Below, piece by piece: positions 1 through 14,447 of a stretch of 64,000 nucleotides of DNA. Source of the DNA: Escherichia coli. Lineage in GTDB: Bacteria > Pseudomonadota > Gammaproteobacteria > Enterobacterales > Enterobacteriaceae. The number at the start of each line of letters is the position of its first letter. The stretch's first letter is position 1. The position numbers were made by a program, and so were the translations under genes. The notes under the pieces were generated by a model. The model saw nothing but the letters and a program-made list of their open reading frames with translations. It was not told the DNA's origin and did not search any database. The DNA is taken from NCBI RefSeq assembly GCF_003334405.1, contig NZ_QOWM01000002.1; one strand, 5' to 3'.

Positions 1-1285
<1,285 letters not shown>

Positions 1286-1330
1286 TAATTTCACTATTTT
1301 CAGAAGGATAATTAATCTTTCTACGTGCAC

Positions 1331-1382
1331 GAACGGTCCCCTCGCCCCTTTGGGGTGAGGGTTAGGGTGAGGGGAACCCGTT
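1331..1382. repeat. GC-rich imperfect palindromic element (CCCCTCGCCCC...GGGGTGAGGG...GGGTGAGGGG) between convergent tldD and aaeR; possible bidirectional terminator
   Basis: Inverted repeat visible in sequence; related copy at 19192-19224. Confidence 0.5.
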
Positions 1383-1418
1383 GGCACAGGTTTGTACAAC
1401 GTAACAGTACAATATGAA

Positions 1419-2348
1419 TTACTTCTCTTTCCCGCGCCCGTGCATCTCCTGAAACAATTTACCGACCTCAACAAAATAATCCGTCAGCGAGTTGATCACG
1501 ACCTGTACCTTCAGCGGCAGCTTATCTTTTTCGGTATATAACGCATAAACCGGGCGTGGATCTGACTGGTAACGCGGCAGCAGGATCTCCAGCTCCCCAC
1601 GATTGATCTCGTTGATCACCCACATCAGCGGCACGTAGGCGATCCCGGCACCCGCCGTCAGCCAGCGCACCAGCGTCATCGGATCATTAGTCACAAATCT
1701 TCCTTGTGGGATCAGGCGAGTCGAGATCCCTTCCGGTGCGATCAGTTCAAATTCATTGTCGGGCCGCACGCTGTATTCAAGCCATGAATGACTACTCAAA
1801 TCGGCGGGTTTTTCCGGTATGCCGTATTGTGTGAGATAGCTTTTCGCGGCGCACACCACCATTGGCATCGCGCCCAGACGGCGGGAAAACAGGCTGGAAT
1901 CCTGCAACGCGCCGACGCGGATCACCACATCCAGACCGTCGGCAATCAGGTCGGGGGCTGGAATTCCGGTAACCAGATTGACGCTCAAACCTGGGTATTC
2001 TTTCAGCATTTTGGCTGTCAGCCCGGCGAGAACATTTTGTGCCATAGTTGAAGAACAGCCAATGCGTAGCGTCCCGATGGGGGTGTTATTGAAGGCATAC
2101 AGTTGCTCATGAACATCCTGCACTTCATGAAGCATACGACGGCAGCCCTGGTAGTAAATTCTACCGGCTTCGGTCAGGCCAATGCTGCGTGTGCTACGGT
2201 TTAACAGCTTTACCTGCAACTCATCTTCCAGTTTTGATACCGTCTGACTGATGGACGAAACGCTCATCTGTAGCTGTCTGGCGGCGGCGGTAAAAGAGCC
2301 AAATTCAACTACTTTGGCAAACACCGACATGCGTTTTAGTCGTTCCAT
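1419..2348 (-). CDS. aaeR: LysR-family transcriptional activator of aaeXAB
   Basis: 309 aa ORF, N-terminal HTH typical of LysR family; divergent from aaeX. Confidence 0.9.
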   Translation of the reverse strand: MERLKRMSVFAKVVEFGSFTAAARQLQMSVSSISQTVSKLEDELQVKLLNRSTRSIGLTEAGRIYYQGCRRMLHEVQDVHEQLYAFNNTPIGTLRIGCSSTMAQNVLAGLTAKMLKEYPGLSVNLVTGIPAPDLIADGLDVVIRVGALQDSSLFSRRLGAMPMVVCAAKSYLTQYGIPEKPADLSSHSWLEYSVRPDNEFELIAPEGISTRLIPQGRFVTNDPMTLVRWLTAGAGIAYVPLMWVINEINRGELEILLPRYQSDPRPVYALYTEKDKLPLKVQVVINSLTDYFVEVGKLFQEMHGRGKEK

Positions 2349-2530
2349 TATTCACTCTGACTTAAAAGTGATTTAGATCACATAATATAGATAACAGCAT
2401 AACAGTTACGCTAATATATTAAATATCAATCTACAGCAATGTTGCTCTCGCCCGGCTTTCCATGCCCTTCTCTGCGGCGACAGATGCTGAAAATAATAAC
2501 GCCTGCTCTCTCTTTACAACCAAGGTCAAC

Positions 2531-2734
2531 ATGAGTCTGTTTCCCGTTATCGTGGTGTTTGGGCTGTCCTTCCCACCGATATTTTTTGAATTGCTTTTAT
2601 CACTGGCGATTTTCTGGCTGGTGCGCCGGGTACTTGTGCCAACAGGTATCTACGACTTTGTCTGGCATCCGGCGTTGTTCAACACCGCGCTCTATTGCTG
2701 CTTGTTTTATTTGATATCGCGACTGTTCGTTTGA
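2531..2734 (+). CDS. aaeX: Small membrane protein AaeX
   Basis: 67 aa hydrophobic protein [11 protein letters not shown]...; ORF-track ORF trimmed to internal ATG at 2531. Confidence 0.85.
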
Positions 2735-2741
2735 GGTTGAA

Positions 2742-3674
2742 GTGAAAACACTAATAAGAAAATTCTCCCGTACGGCCATCACGGTCGTATTAGTCATTCT
2801 GGCCTTCATCGCAATTTTTAATGCCTGGGTCTATTACACCGAATCCCCCTGGACGCGTGACGCGCGCTTTAGCGCTGACGTCGTTGCGATCGCGCCGGAC
2901 GTTTCTGGACTCATTACCCAGGTGAATGTTCATGATAACCAGCTGGTGAAAAAAGGACAGATACTGTTCACCATCGACCAGCCGCGCTATCAAAAGGCGC
3001 TTGAGGAAGCGCAAGCCGATGTTGCTTATTATCAGGTACTGGCACAGGAGAAACGCCAGGAGGCCGGACGTCGTAACCGTCTCGGTGTGCAGGCGATGTC
3101 TCGCGAAGAGATCGACCAGGCCAACAACGTACTACAAACGGTTCTGCATCAGTTAGCGAAAGCGCAGGCGACCCGCGATCTGGCAAAACTGGATCTTGAA
3201 CGCACGGTGATCCGCGCGCCAGCAGATGGCTGGGTGACCAACCTCAACGTCTATACCGGTGAGTTTATTACTCGAGGATCAACGGCGGTTGCGCTGGTGA
3301 AACAGAACTCCTTCTATGTACTGGCCTATATGGAAGAAACTAAGCTGGAAGGGGTGCGTCCGGGGTATCGTGCAGAGATCACGCCGCTTGGCAGTAACAA
3401 AGTGCTGAAAGGGACTGTTGATAGTGTTGCCGCAGGGGTCACCAACGCCAGCAGCACGCGTGACGACAAAGGGATGGCGACTATAGACTCTAACCTTGAA
3501 TGGGTGCGTCTTGCGCAACGTGTTCCGGTTCGTATTCGTCTCGACAACCAGCAAGAGAACATCTGGCCTGCGGGCACCACTGCTACAGTGGTGGTCACTG
3601 GCAAACAAGATCGCGACGAAAGCCAGGATTCGTTCTTCCGTAAAATGGCCCATCGCCTGCGTGAGTTTGGTTAA
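2742..3674 (+). CDS. aaeA: p-hydroxybenzoic acid efflux pump, membrane fusion subunit AaeA
   Basis: 310 aa, GTG start, HlyD-like membrane fusion protein immediately after aaeX. Confidence 0.9.
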
Positions 3675-3679
3675 TCACG

Positions 3680-5647
3680 ATGGGTATTTTCTCCATTGCT
3701 AACCAACATATTCGCTTTGCGGTAAAACTGGCGACCGCCATTGTACTGGCGCTGTTTGTTGGCTTTCACTTCCAGCTGGAAACGCCACGCTGGGCGGTAC
3801 TGACAGCGGCGATTGTTGCCGCCGGTCCGGCCTTTGCTGCGGGAGGTGAACCGTATTCTGGCGCTATTCGCTATCGTGGCTTTTTGCGCATCATCGGCAC
3901 ATTTATTGGCTGTATTGCCGGACTGGTGATCATCATTGCGATGATCCGCGCACCATTATTGATGATTCTGGTGTGCTGTATCTGGGCCGGTTTTTGTACC
4001 TGGATATCCTCGCTGGTACGAATAGAAAACTCGTATGCGTGGGGGCTGGCCGGTTATACCGCGCTGATCATTGTGATCACCATTCAGCCGGAACCATTGC
4101 TTACGCCGCAGTTTGCCGTCGAACGTTGTAGCGAGATCGTTATCGGTATTGTGTGTGCGATTATGGCGGATTTGCTCTTTTCTCCGCGATCGATCAAACA
4201 AGAAGTGGATCGAGAGCTGGAAAGTTTGCTGGTCGCGCAATATCAATTAATGCAACTCTGTATCAAGCATGGCGATGGTGAAGTTGTCGATAAAGCCTGG
4301 GGCGACCTGGTGCGACGCACCACGGCGCTACAAGGCATGCGCAGCAACCTGAATATGGAATCTTCCCGCTGGGCGCGGGCCAATCGACGTTTAAAAGCGA
4401 TCAATACGCTATCGCTGACGCTGATTACCCAATCCTGCGAAACTTATCTTATTCAGAATACGCGCCCGGAATTGATCACTGATACTTTCCGCGAATTTTT
4501 TGACACGCCGGTAGAAACCGCGCAGGACGTCCACAAGCAGCTCAAACGCCTGCGGAGAGTTATCGCCTGGACCGGGGAACGGGAAACGCCTGTCACCATT
4601 TATAGCTGGGTCGCGGCGGCAACGCGTTATCAGCTTCTCAAGCGCGGCGTTATCAGTAACACAAAAATCAACGCCACCGAAGAAGAGATCCTGCAAGGCG
4701 AACCGGAAGTAAAAGTAGAGTCAGCCGAACGTCATCATGCAATGGTTAACTTCTGGCGAACCACACTTTCCTGCATTCTGGGCACGCTTTTCTGGCTGTG
4801 GACGGGCTGGACTTCCGGCAGTGGTGCAATGGTGATGATTGCGGTAGTGACGTCACTGGCAATGCGTTTGCCGAATCCACGCATGGTGGCGATCGACTTT
4901 ATCTACGGGACGCTGGCCGCGCTGCCGTTAGGGCTGCTCTACTTTTTGGTGATTATCCCTAATACCCAACAGAGCATGTTGCTGCTGTGCATTAGCCTGG
5001 CAGTGCTGGGATTCTTCCTCGGTATAGAAGTACAGAAACGGCGACTGGGCTCGATGGGGGCACTGGCCAGCACCATAAATATTATCGTGCTGGATAACCC
5101 GATGACTTTCCATTTCAGTCAGTTTCTCGACAGCGCATTAGGGCAAATCGTCGGCTGTGTGCTCGCGTTCACCGTTATTTTGCTGGTGCGGGATAAATCG
5201 CGCGACAGGACCGGACGTGTACTGCTTAATCAGTTTGTTTCTGCCGCTGTTTCCGCGATGACTACCAATGTGGCACGTCGTAAAGAGAACCACCTCCCGG
5301 CACTTTATCAGCAGCTGTTTTTGCTGATGAATAAGTTCCCAGGGGATTTGCCGAAATTTCGCCTGGCGCTGACGATGATTATCGCGCACCAGCGCCTGCG
5401 TGATGCACCGATCCCGGTTAACGAGGATTTATCGGCGTTTCACCGACAAATGCGCCGCACAGCAGACCATGTGATATCTGCCCGTAGCGATGATAAACGT
5501 CGTCGGTACTTTGGCCAGTTGCTGGAAGAACTGGAAATCTACCAGGAAAAGCTACGCATCTGGCAAGCGCCACCGCAGGTGACGGAACCGGTAAATCGGC
5601 TGGCGGGGATGCTCCATAAGTATCAACATGCGTTGACCGATAGTTAA
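3680..5647 (+). CDS. aaeB: p-hydroxybenzoic acid efflux pump subunit AaeB
   Basis: 655 aa polytopic membrane protein, 6 bp after aaeA. Confidence 0.92.
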   Translation: MGIFSIANQHIRFAVKLATAIVLALFVGFHFQLETPRWAVLTAAIVAAGPAFAAGGEPYSGAIRYRGFLRIIGTFIGCIAGLVIIIAMIRAPLLMILVCCIWAGFCTWISSLVRIENSYAWGLAGYTALIIVITIQPEPLLTPQFAVERCSEIVIGIVCAIMADLLFSPRSIKQEVDRELESLLVAQYQLMQLCIKHGDGEVVDKAWGDLVRRTTALQGMRSNLNMESSRWARANRRLKAINTLSLTLITQSCETYLIQNTRPELITDTFREFFDTPVETAQDVHKQLKRLRRVIAWTGERETPVTIYSWVAAATRYQLLKRGVISNTKINATEEEILQGEPEVKVESAERHHAMVNFWRTTLSCILGTLFWLWTGWTSGSGAMVMIAVVTSLAMRLPNPRMVAIDFIYGTLAALPLGLLYFLVIIPNTQQSMLLLCISLAVLGFFLGIEVQKRRLGSMGALASTINIIVLDNPMTFHFSQFLDSALGQIVGCVLAFTVILLVRDKSRDRTGRVLLNQFVSAAVSAMTTNVARRKENHLPALYQQLFLLMNKFPGDLPKFRLALTMIIAHQRLRDAPIPVNEDLSAFHRQMRRTADHVISARSDDKRRRYFGQLLEELEIYQEKLRIWQAPPQVTEPVNRLAGMLHKYQHALTDS

Positions 5648-5650
5648 GTC

Positions 5651-5680
5651 AAAACCGACGCCAAAAGCGTCGGTTTTTTC
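5651..5680 (+). terminator. Rho-independent terminator after aaeB
   Basis: Hairpin ACCGACGC-CAAAA-GCGTCGGT followed by TTTTTT. Confidence 0.7.
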
Positions 5681-5738
5681 ATGGCTATACTTAGCGATGC
5701 ACGGCAGAACTCGCCGCGAAACGTGACGGTGGCAACAG

Positions 5739-6011
5739 ATGAATATTTATACCTTTGATTTTGATGAGATTGAGAGTCAGGAGGATTTTTATCGTGACTT
5801 TAGCCAAACCTTTGGTCTGGCGAAAGATAAGGTACGCGATCTCGACTCACTATGGGATGTGTTAATGAACGATGTCCTGCCGCTACCACTTGAGATTGAA
5901 TTTGTTCATCTGGGAGAGAAAACGCGTCGCCGTTTTGGCGCGTTAATATTGCTGTTTGATGAGGCAGAGGAAGAGCTGGAAGGGCATTTGCGTTTTAATG
6001 TTCGTCATTAG
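5739..6011 (+). CDS. yhcO: Barstar-like (barnase-inhibitor family) protein YhcO
   Basis: 90 aa [24 protein letters not shown]... Confidence 0.85.
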   Translation: MNIYTFDFDEIESQEDFYRDFSQTFGLAKDKVRDLDSLWDVLMNDVLPLPLEIEFVHLGEKTRRRFGALILLFDEAEEELEGHLRFNVRH

Positions 6012-6012
6012 C

Positions 6013-6040
6013 GCAAAAAAAAGCCCCCGAACCGGGGGCA
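6013..6040 (-). terminator. Rho-independent terminator for yhcN (minus strand)
   Basis: Hairpin GCCCCCG-AA-CCGGGGGC with A-run on plus strand, i.e. T-run after the stem on minus strand. Confidence 0.6.
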
Positions 6041-6066
6041 ATATCGTCGGACAAGACGATGAGGGT

Positions 6067-6330
6067 TTATTTGTACAGTTCAGCCGTAGCGTGCCAGGTG
6101 TCACCGCTACGAGCTTCAGTAATCTGGTAGGCCGTTGCGCCTTTCTCTTCCGCTTTTTTGTTCAGCATTTCACGCATATCCATTGGCGAAGACGCCACAC
6201 CACTTACGGATACGGTCCCGATTGCTTCACGATTTTGTGCTTGTGCAGCATCAATGGAGTCGGCAGCGAATGCACCGAAAGAGAGAACAGAAAGTACGCT
6301 TAATGCAGCAACAGTGGTTTTGATTTTCAT
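6067..6330 (-). CDS. yhcN: DUF1471 (YhcN/BhsA family) periplasmic stress protein
   Basis: 87 aa with signal peptide MKIKTTVAALSVLSVLSFGAFA; start moved to internal ATG. Confidence 0.85.
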   Translation of the reverse strand: MKIKTTVAALSVLSVLSFGAFAADSIDAAQAQNREAIGTVSVSGVASSPMDMREMLNKKAEEKGATAYQITEARSGDTWHATAELYK

Positions 6331-6694
6331 GATTTTTACCTCGACATAATCTTTTAGCTGGGCCTTTGTTTCGTGACCCATATCACAAAATCAAGTATAC
6401 ACTAATTATTGAGCTAATTAATACCGCGCTAACTGTTTCAGTTGATACTAAGTGTTAAAAATGTGAATTTTAATAACAAAAAAGAATTAAAAATACGGTT
6501 ATTTATCGTTAATTCTAGTTTTTTCAATTAGATAATGAATTTTGCATAATGTGCTTTTTTTACCTTATGTATTCATTGTGTGAATGACATGTCGCAGTAA
6601 AACGCACTATTCGTTAAATTAATCGCAGGGGAAAGCAGGGGGTTGAGAGGGATAAGCAACATTTTCCCCGCCGTCAGAAACGACGGGGCAGAGA

Positions 6695-7168
<474 letters not shown>

Positions 7169-7191
7169 TCACCCGATATGGTGGTTGATAC

Positions 7192-7227
7192 AACATTATT
7201 GTGCATACAGATGAATTTTTATGCAAA
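7192..7227. promoter_or_regulatory. Two adjacent ARG boxes (ArgR autoregulatory operator) in the argR promoter
   Basis: Minus-strand sequence TTTGCATAAAAATTCATC TGTATGCACAATAATGTT fits the TNTGAAT-W4-ATTCANW ARG-box pattern immediately upstream of argR. Confidence 0.7.
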
Positions 7228-7524
7228 CAGTCAGCCCTGAAGAAGGCTGAAATAATGTTATGAAAGAGCGGGATTTTATCAAATTTCGTTATTGAGAAAC
7301 ATGCCTGCGTCACGGCATGCAAATTCTGCTTAAAAGTAAATTAATTGTTATCAAATTGATGTTGTTTTGGCTGAACGGTAGGGTATATTGTCACCACCTG
7401 TTGGAATGTTGCGCTAATGCATAAGCGACTGTTAATTACGTAAGTTAGGTTCCTGATTACGGCAATTAAATGCATAAACGCTAAACTTGCGTGACTACAC
7501 ATTCTTGAGATGTGGTCATTGTAA

Positions 7525-8538
<1,014 letters not shown>

Positions 8539-8554
8539 TTGATTAGCGGATAAT

Positions 8555-8590
8555 AAAAAACCGGAGCACAGACTCCGGTTTTTTGTTTTG
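8555..8590. terminator. Bidirectional rho-independent terminator between convergent mdh and degS
   Basis: Hairpin CCGGAGCACAGACTCCGG flanked by A-run and T-run. Confidence 0.75.
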
Positions 8591-8600
8591 AGCGCACGAC

Positions 8601-9668
8601 TTAATTGGTTGCCGGATATTCCTGAATGGTGACCTGCAGCGTTAACTGCTTATCATCACGCATCACTACTACAGGGATCACCGAACCAGGGCGAATTTCC
8701 GCCACCTGATCCATCGTCTCCAGAGCAGAGATGGCCGGTTTGTTATCCACCGAAATAATCAGATCGTTGACCTGAATACCCGCATTCGCCGCCGGGCCGT
8801 CAGGTGACACTTCATTAACCACGATCCCTTGCAGTTGATCTATACCACCGCCCTGCGCGTGCAGTGGTGCGATCTCACGTCCGCCGATACCAATGTAGCC
8901 GCGGATCACGCGACCATCGCGGATCAGCTTATCCATAATTTTGGTTGCTAACTGGAAAGGAATCGCAAAGCCGATACCTTCCGGCGTTTCGCCATCGTTA
9001 CTCTTATCAAACGACAGCGTATTAATGCCCATCAGTTCGCCCAGCGAGTTCACCAGCGCGCCGCCAGAGTTACCGTGGTTAATGGAAGCATCGGTTTGGA
9101 GGAAGTTTTGCCGCCCGGTCGGGTTCAGACCGATTCGACCCGTGGCACTAATAATCCCCTGGGTAATGGTCTGCCCGAGGTTGTACGGGTTACCGATCGC
9201 CAGTACTACGTCGCCAATGTGCGGTACGCGACGTGCATTAATTGGAATGGTAGGTAAACCGCCAGTGGCATTAATTTTAAGTACCGCCAGATCGGTTAGA
9301 GAGTCAGATCCCACCAGCAATGCTTCAAATACACGTCCATCCTGTAAGGCGACGATGATCTGATCGGCGTCGTTGATGACGTGTTTATTGGTGATGATAT
9401 AACCGCGTTGATCCATGATTACACCGGATCCCAGGGTGCGGATCTCAAGCTGGTTGTGAGAGTTGGTGTTCAAACCACGGTTGTAAACGTTAACCACCGC
9501 TGGCGCGGCGCGGCGAACCGCCAGATTATAGCTGGCAGGCGTCTCATCGGTACTGTCAAATTGCGGAGTGGAAAGCGGGTTAAGGCTGCGCAGCGAAGGC
9601 ATGGCAACCAGCAGAATAGCGCCGACAATTAATCCAATCGCAACGGAACGTAAGAGCTTCACAAACAT
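8601..9668 (-). CDS. degS: Periplasmic serine endoprotease DegS (sigma-E stress sensor)
   Basis: 355 aa, HtrA-family trypsin domain plus single PDZ. Confidence 0.94.
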   Translation of the reverse strand: MFVKLLRSVAIGLIVGAILLVAMPSLRSLNPLSTPQFDSTDETPASYNLAVRRAAPAVVNVYNRGLNTNSHNQLEIRTLGSGVIMDQRGYIITNKHVINDADQIIVALQDGRVFEALLVGSDSLTDLAVLKINATGGLPTIPINARRVPHIGDVVLAIGNPYNLGQTITQGIISATGRIGLNPTGRQNFLQTDASINHGNSGGALVNSLGELMGINTLSFDKSNDGETPEGIGFAIPFQLATKIMDKLIRDGRVIRGYIGIGGREIAPLHAQGGGIDQLQGIVVNEVSPDGPAANAGIQVNDLIISVDNKPAISALETMDQVAEIRPGSVIPVVVMRDDKQLTLQVTIQEYPATN

Positions 9669-9757
9669 GATGGAGGCGTCATTAAAAAAGGGAACGGCAG
9701 CAGCATACCACGAGTTAACCGGACATCACACGTAAGCCTGATGCCCGGTTTACGACA

Positions 9758-11125
9758 TTAACGCATCAGCAGATAGATGCTTTCATTGCCGCGTACAATT
9801 TGCAGGGCGATGATGGCCGGTTTTGCCGCCAGCACTTTACGCATTTCAGCAATCGAGTTCACCCGATCGCGGTTGACGCCAATGATCACATCGTCTTTTT
9901 GCAAGCCAGCCTGAGCAGCTGGGCTTCCTTTGACAACTTCATCGATTTTAATACCTTTGCCGCCATCTTTTAGCTGACCATCGCTCAACGTTGCACCTTC
10001 CAGCGCTGGCGTGATCATTTCAGCGCTGGCCGACGAAGAGGTGCTGGTATCGAGCGTCACTTCTACTTCCAGTGGTTTGCCGTTACGCAGCAGGCCAAGC
10101 TTCACTTTCGTGCCCGGCTCGGTGGTCGCGATACGAGAGCGCAACTCAGCAAAGCTATTCAGCGGTTTGCCGTTGAGGCTGGTAATAATATCGCCCGCTT
10201 TGACGCCCGCTTTTGCCGAGCCAGAACCTGGCAACACTTCGCTGACAAACGCGCCACGCTGCACGTCAAGGTTGAAGGCTTTGGCGATATCGGCACTCAT
10301 CTCGGTGCCTTTGATGCCTAACAAACCGCGTTTGATTTCACCAAAGTCGATAAGCTGCTGCGCCAGTGTTCGCGCCATATTACTGGGGATGGCAAATCCA
10401 ATCCCGACGCTCCCGCCGCCAAGCGCAAGGATTGCAGTGTTGATGCCAATTAACTCACCGTTAAGGTTTAATAGTGCACCGCCGGAGTTACCGCGGTTAA
10501 TGGAAGCATCTGTCTGGATAAAGTTTTCCAGACCTTCAAGATTCAACCCGCTGCGGCCTAATGCGGAAACAATGCCAGAGGTGGCGGTTTGCCCAAGGCC
10601 AAATGGGTTACCGACCGCTACGGCAAAATCACCGACGCGCAATTTATCGGAGTCGGCAATAGCGATTTGCGTTAATTTGCTCGGGTTTTGAATTTGTAAC
10701 AGGGCGATATCGCTCTGGTCATCGCTACCAATCAGTTTTGCATCAAACTCGCGCCCATCATTGAGCTGAATACTGATTTTCTGTGCCTGATTAATCACAT
10801 GGTTGTTGGTCAGCACATAGCCTTTACTGGCGTTGATGATGACACCGGAGCCTAAACCTTCGAAGGGTTGTGCAGGTTGATCCGGTAAATCATCACCAAA
10901 AAACTTTTTGAATTCTTCCGGGATTTTCTGTCCCTGACTGGCCGTTCCTTCCACCCGTACGCTCACCACTGCCGGAAGCACTTTTTCCAGCATTGGAGCC
11001 AGACTGGGGAGAGGGGCCTGATCGGCAACCTGGCCTGGAATCGACGCGACGGCCTGAAATGACGCCGAGAGAGTTAACCCGACACTTAACGCTAATGCAC
11101 TCAACAGCTGGGTTTGTTTTTTCAT
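9758..11125 (-). CDS. degQ: Periplasmic serine endoprotease DegQ
   Basis: 455 aa with signal peptide MKKQTQLLSALALSVGLTLSA, trypsin domain and two PDZ domains; start moved to internal ATG. Confidence 0.94.
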   Translation of the reverse strand: MKKQTQLLSALALSVGLTLSASFQAVASIPGQVADQAPLPSLAPMLEKVLPAVVSVRVEGTASQGQKIPEEFKKFFGDDLPDQPAQPFEGLGSGVIINASKGYVLTNNHVINQAQKISIQLNDGREFDAKLIGSDDQSDIALLQIQNPSKLTQIAIADSDKLRVGDFAVAVGNPFGLGQTATSGIVSALGRSGLNLEGLENFIQTDASINRGNSGGALLNLNGELIGINTAILALGGGSVGIGFAIPSNMARTLAQQLIDFGEIKRGLLGIKGTEMSADIAKAFNLDVQRGAFVSEVLPGSGSAKAGVKAGDIITSLNGKPLNSFAELRSRIATTEPGTKVKLGLLRNGKPLEVEVTLDTSTSSSASAEMITPALEGATLSDGQLKDGGKGIKIDEVVKGSPAAQAGLQKDDVIIGVNRDRVNSIAEMRKVLAAKPAIIALQIVRGNESIYLLMR

Positions 11126-11278
11126 TATTCCTGCTCTCGTACCTGAATGATAAGAAAAGAGATTCAAAACAGTTTGATGTTATTGAATTTTCAGACGGCT
11201 AACAATGAGACACCAGATTAAATGATAGTCGGGGAGGGAGAGAAGAGGAGGGCGCAATGGCTGCGCCCGAAAAATAAA

Positions 11279-11677
11279 TTAGTCGCGCTTCGCGCCAGTA
11301 CGCAGCAGGCCGGATGCGCCTTCAGAATAGTCGCGAGGCATCTGCACCGGTGCCTGATCGTTGCTGGCTTCAGACTCTGCCAGACGATTACGGAACGGGT
11401 TTGCTTCAGCAGACAGTTCCGGCAGCAGGCTGCTGGAGCTTTTTGCCATGTGCTGATACAGCTGGCGATAGTCGTGCGCCATGGTATCCAGTAATTCCGC
11501 GCTGCGGGCAAAGTGGCTAACCAGCTCTTCGCGATACTCGTCCAGTTCAGCTTTATTCTTTTCCAGTTCGTACTGCAACGCCTGTTGCTGGCGTAGTTTA
11601 CGATTACCAAAACGCATGGCCACAGCACCAATAATGATGCCGACGACTAACCCAATTAGCGCATATTCCCAGGTCAT
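11279..11677 (-). CDS. zapG: Inner membrane cell-division protein ZapG (YhcB)
   Basis: 132 aa, N-terminal TM helix MTWEYALIGLVVGIIIGAVAM then coiled coil. Confidence 0.88.
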   Translation of the reverse strand: MTWEYALIGLVVGIIIGAVAMRFGNRKLRQQQALQYELEKNKAELDEYREELVSHFARSAELLDTMAHDYRQLYQHMAKSSSSLLPELSAEANPFRNRLAESEASNDQAPVQMPRDYSEGASGLLRTGAKRD

Positions 11678-11870
11678 GAACATCTCCCGTTGTCTTTTGT
11701 TTCCGTAGGGTGTTGGCTTCAGGCTCCATGCCTGCGGCTGATTATGCCACTATAACCGTTAATTCCACAGAAGTGGAATCCCGACTGCATATCGCGTAGT
11801 GTAGAACGGCCTTTTTTTCGTCAACCGTGAACAACGGCGTACCGATTATTCAAGGAATAACAATAAGATC

Positions 11871-12998
11871 ATGCAAAGCGTTACCCCAACATCGCAATAC
11901 CTGAAGGCGCTTAATGAAGGCAGCCATCAACCCGACGACGTTCAAAAAGAGGCCGTCAGCCGCCTGGAAATTATTTATCAGGAACTCATCAATAGCACGC
12001 CACCAGCCCCCAGGACGAGTGGGCTAATGGCGCGGGTCGGTAAGCTGTGGGGTAAACGCGAAGACACAAAGCATACGCCAGTGCGTGGCTTATATATGTG
12101 GGGCGGTGTAGGACGCGGGAAAACCTGGCTGATGGACCTTTTCTATCAAAGCCTGCCGGGAGAGCGGAAACAGCGCCTGCACTTTCACCGTTTTATGCTG
12201 CGGGTGCATGAAGAGCTAACTGCCTTACAGGGGCAGACCGATCCGCTGGAAATTATTGCCGATCGCTTTAAAGCCGAAACTGACGTGCTCTGTTTTGACG
12301 AATTTTTTGTTTCTGATATTACCGATGCCATGCTACTTGGCGGTCTGATGAAAGCCCTGTTCGCTCGCGGTATTACCCTGGTAGCGACGTCAAATATTCC
12401 GCCGGATGAACTTTATCGAAATGGCCTGCAACGTGCGCGTTTTCTGCCTGCAATCGATGCCATTAAACAGCATTGTGATGTAATGAACGTGGACGCTGGT
12501 GTTGATTATCGTCTGCGTACACTCACTCAGGCGCATCTGTGGCTTTCGCCACTTCACGATGAAACCCGGGCGCAAATGGATAAACTATGGTTGGCGCTGG
12601 CGGGGGGGAAACGAGAAAATTCACCGACGTTAGAAATCAACCATCGGCCATTAGCAACAATGGGCGTCGAGAACCAGACGCTGGCGGTCTCTTTTACTAC
12701 GCTGTGCGTCGACGCCCGCAGTCAGCATGACTATATTGCGCTCTCACGTCTCTTTCATACGGTCATGTTGTTTGATGTACCAGTTATGACGCGGTTGATG
12801 GAGAGCGAAGCGCGGCGCTTTATTGCGCTGGTGGATGAGTTTTACGAGCGCCATGTCAAATTAGTGGTGAGTGCAGAAGTGCCGCTGTATGAAATTTATC
12901 AGGGCGATCGGCTGAAGTTTGAGTTCCAGCGTTGCCTGTCACGTCTGCAAGAGATGCAAAGCGAAGAGTATCTGAAGCGCGAGCATTTGGCGGGTTAA
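11871..12998 (+). CDS. zapE: Cell division ATPase ZapE (AFG1-like)
   Basis: 375 aa with Walker A GGVGRGKT. Confidence 0.92.
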   Translation: MQSVTPTSQYLKALNEGSHQPDDVQKEAVSRLEIIYQELINSTPPAPRTSGLMARVGKLWGKREDTKHTPVRGLYMWGGVGRGKTWLMDLFYQSLPGERKQRLHFHRFMLRVHEELTALQGQTDPLEIIADRFKAETDVLCFDEFFVSDITDAMLLGGLMKALFARGITLVATSNIPPDELYRNGLQRARFLPAIDAIKQHCDVMNVDAGVDYRLRTLTQAHLWLSPLHDETRAQMDKLWLALAGGKRENSPTLEINHRPLATMGVENQTLAVSFTTLCVDARSQHDYIALSRLFHTVMLFDVPVMTRLMESEARRFIALVDEFYERHVKLVVSAEVPLYEIYQGDRLKFEFQRCLSRLQEMQSEEYLKREHLAG

Positions 12999-13129
12999 AA
13001 CCTGTCACAAATCACAAAAAGGGGTCGATCTTTGACCCCGACTTCTCTATAATCCTGCGACCCCACGTTACAAGAAAGTTTTTTTCCCAAAACTTTTTGT
13101 GTGCTGGCATAGGCTATTCGAAGGGGTAG

Positions 13130-13645
<516 letters not shown>

Positions 13646-13657
13646 TCGGGATTATAG

Positions 13658-14053
<396 letters not shown>

Positions 14054-14085
14054 TTGGCTTCTGCTCCGGCAGAAAACAATTTTCG

Positions 14086-14113
14086 AAAAAACCCGCTTCG
14101 GCGGGTTTTTTTA
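14086..14113 (+). terminator. Rho-independent terminator after rpsI
   Basis: Hairpin ACCCGC-TTCG-GCGGGT followed by TTTTTTT. Confidence 0.8.
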
Positions 14114-14447
14114 TAGCTAAAATCTGAATCAGCGTAAAAACTGGAAAGTTGCTTTTTGCTGCCACCTGACAGACAGGTAAAACAAAAACCACATCGCCAA
14201 TAAGGGACTAAGTCAACTATTTCAGACTAAAGCGCATCTCTTTTTCCCCATTTCCGGCATCGACTCACCACAATGGTCGCAAAATCTGGTAAACTATCAT
14301 CCAATTTTCTGCCCAAATGTCGGGTATTGCTCATTTTTTGTTTGATTTTCGAACAAAGAGAGTCGTTCCTTATTGGGTAACACAACTTCTGACTGGCCAC
14401 CTGGTGGCTGGTAGCAGTAAAAATTCTGACTATACCTGGAGGTTTTC

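Noticed and set aside
1381-1400. TGGCAC motif (TGGCACAGGTTTGTACA) resembling the -24 element of a sigma-54 promoter
   Set aside because: The -12 element (TTGCA) is absent at the correct spacing and there is no plausible downstream target gene in that orientation.
10011-10691. 226-aa ORF antisense to degQ
   Set aside because: Fully contained within the well-supported degQ coding region; Ser/Pro/Ala-rich translation typical of antisense reading of a GC-rich gene.
13021-13039. Hairpin GGGGTCGATCTTTGACCCC between zapE and rplM as a terminator
   Set aside because: No T-run follows on the plus strand; it lies in the rplM promoter region, so a terminator call is not supported, though an attenuating structure cannot be excluded.
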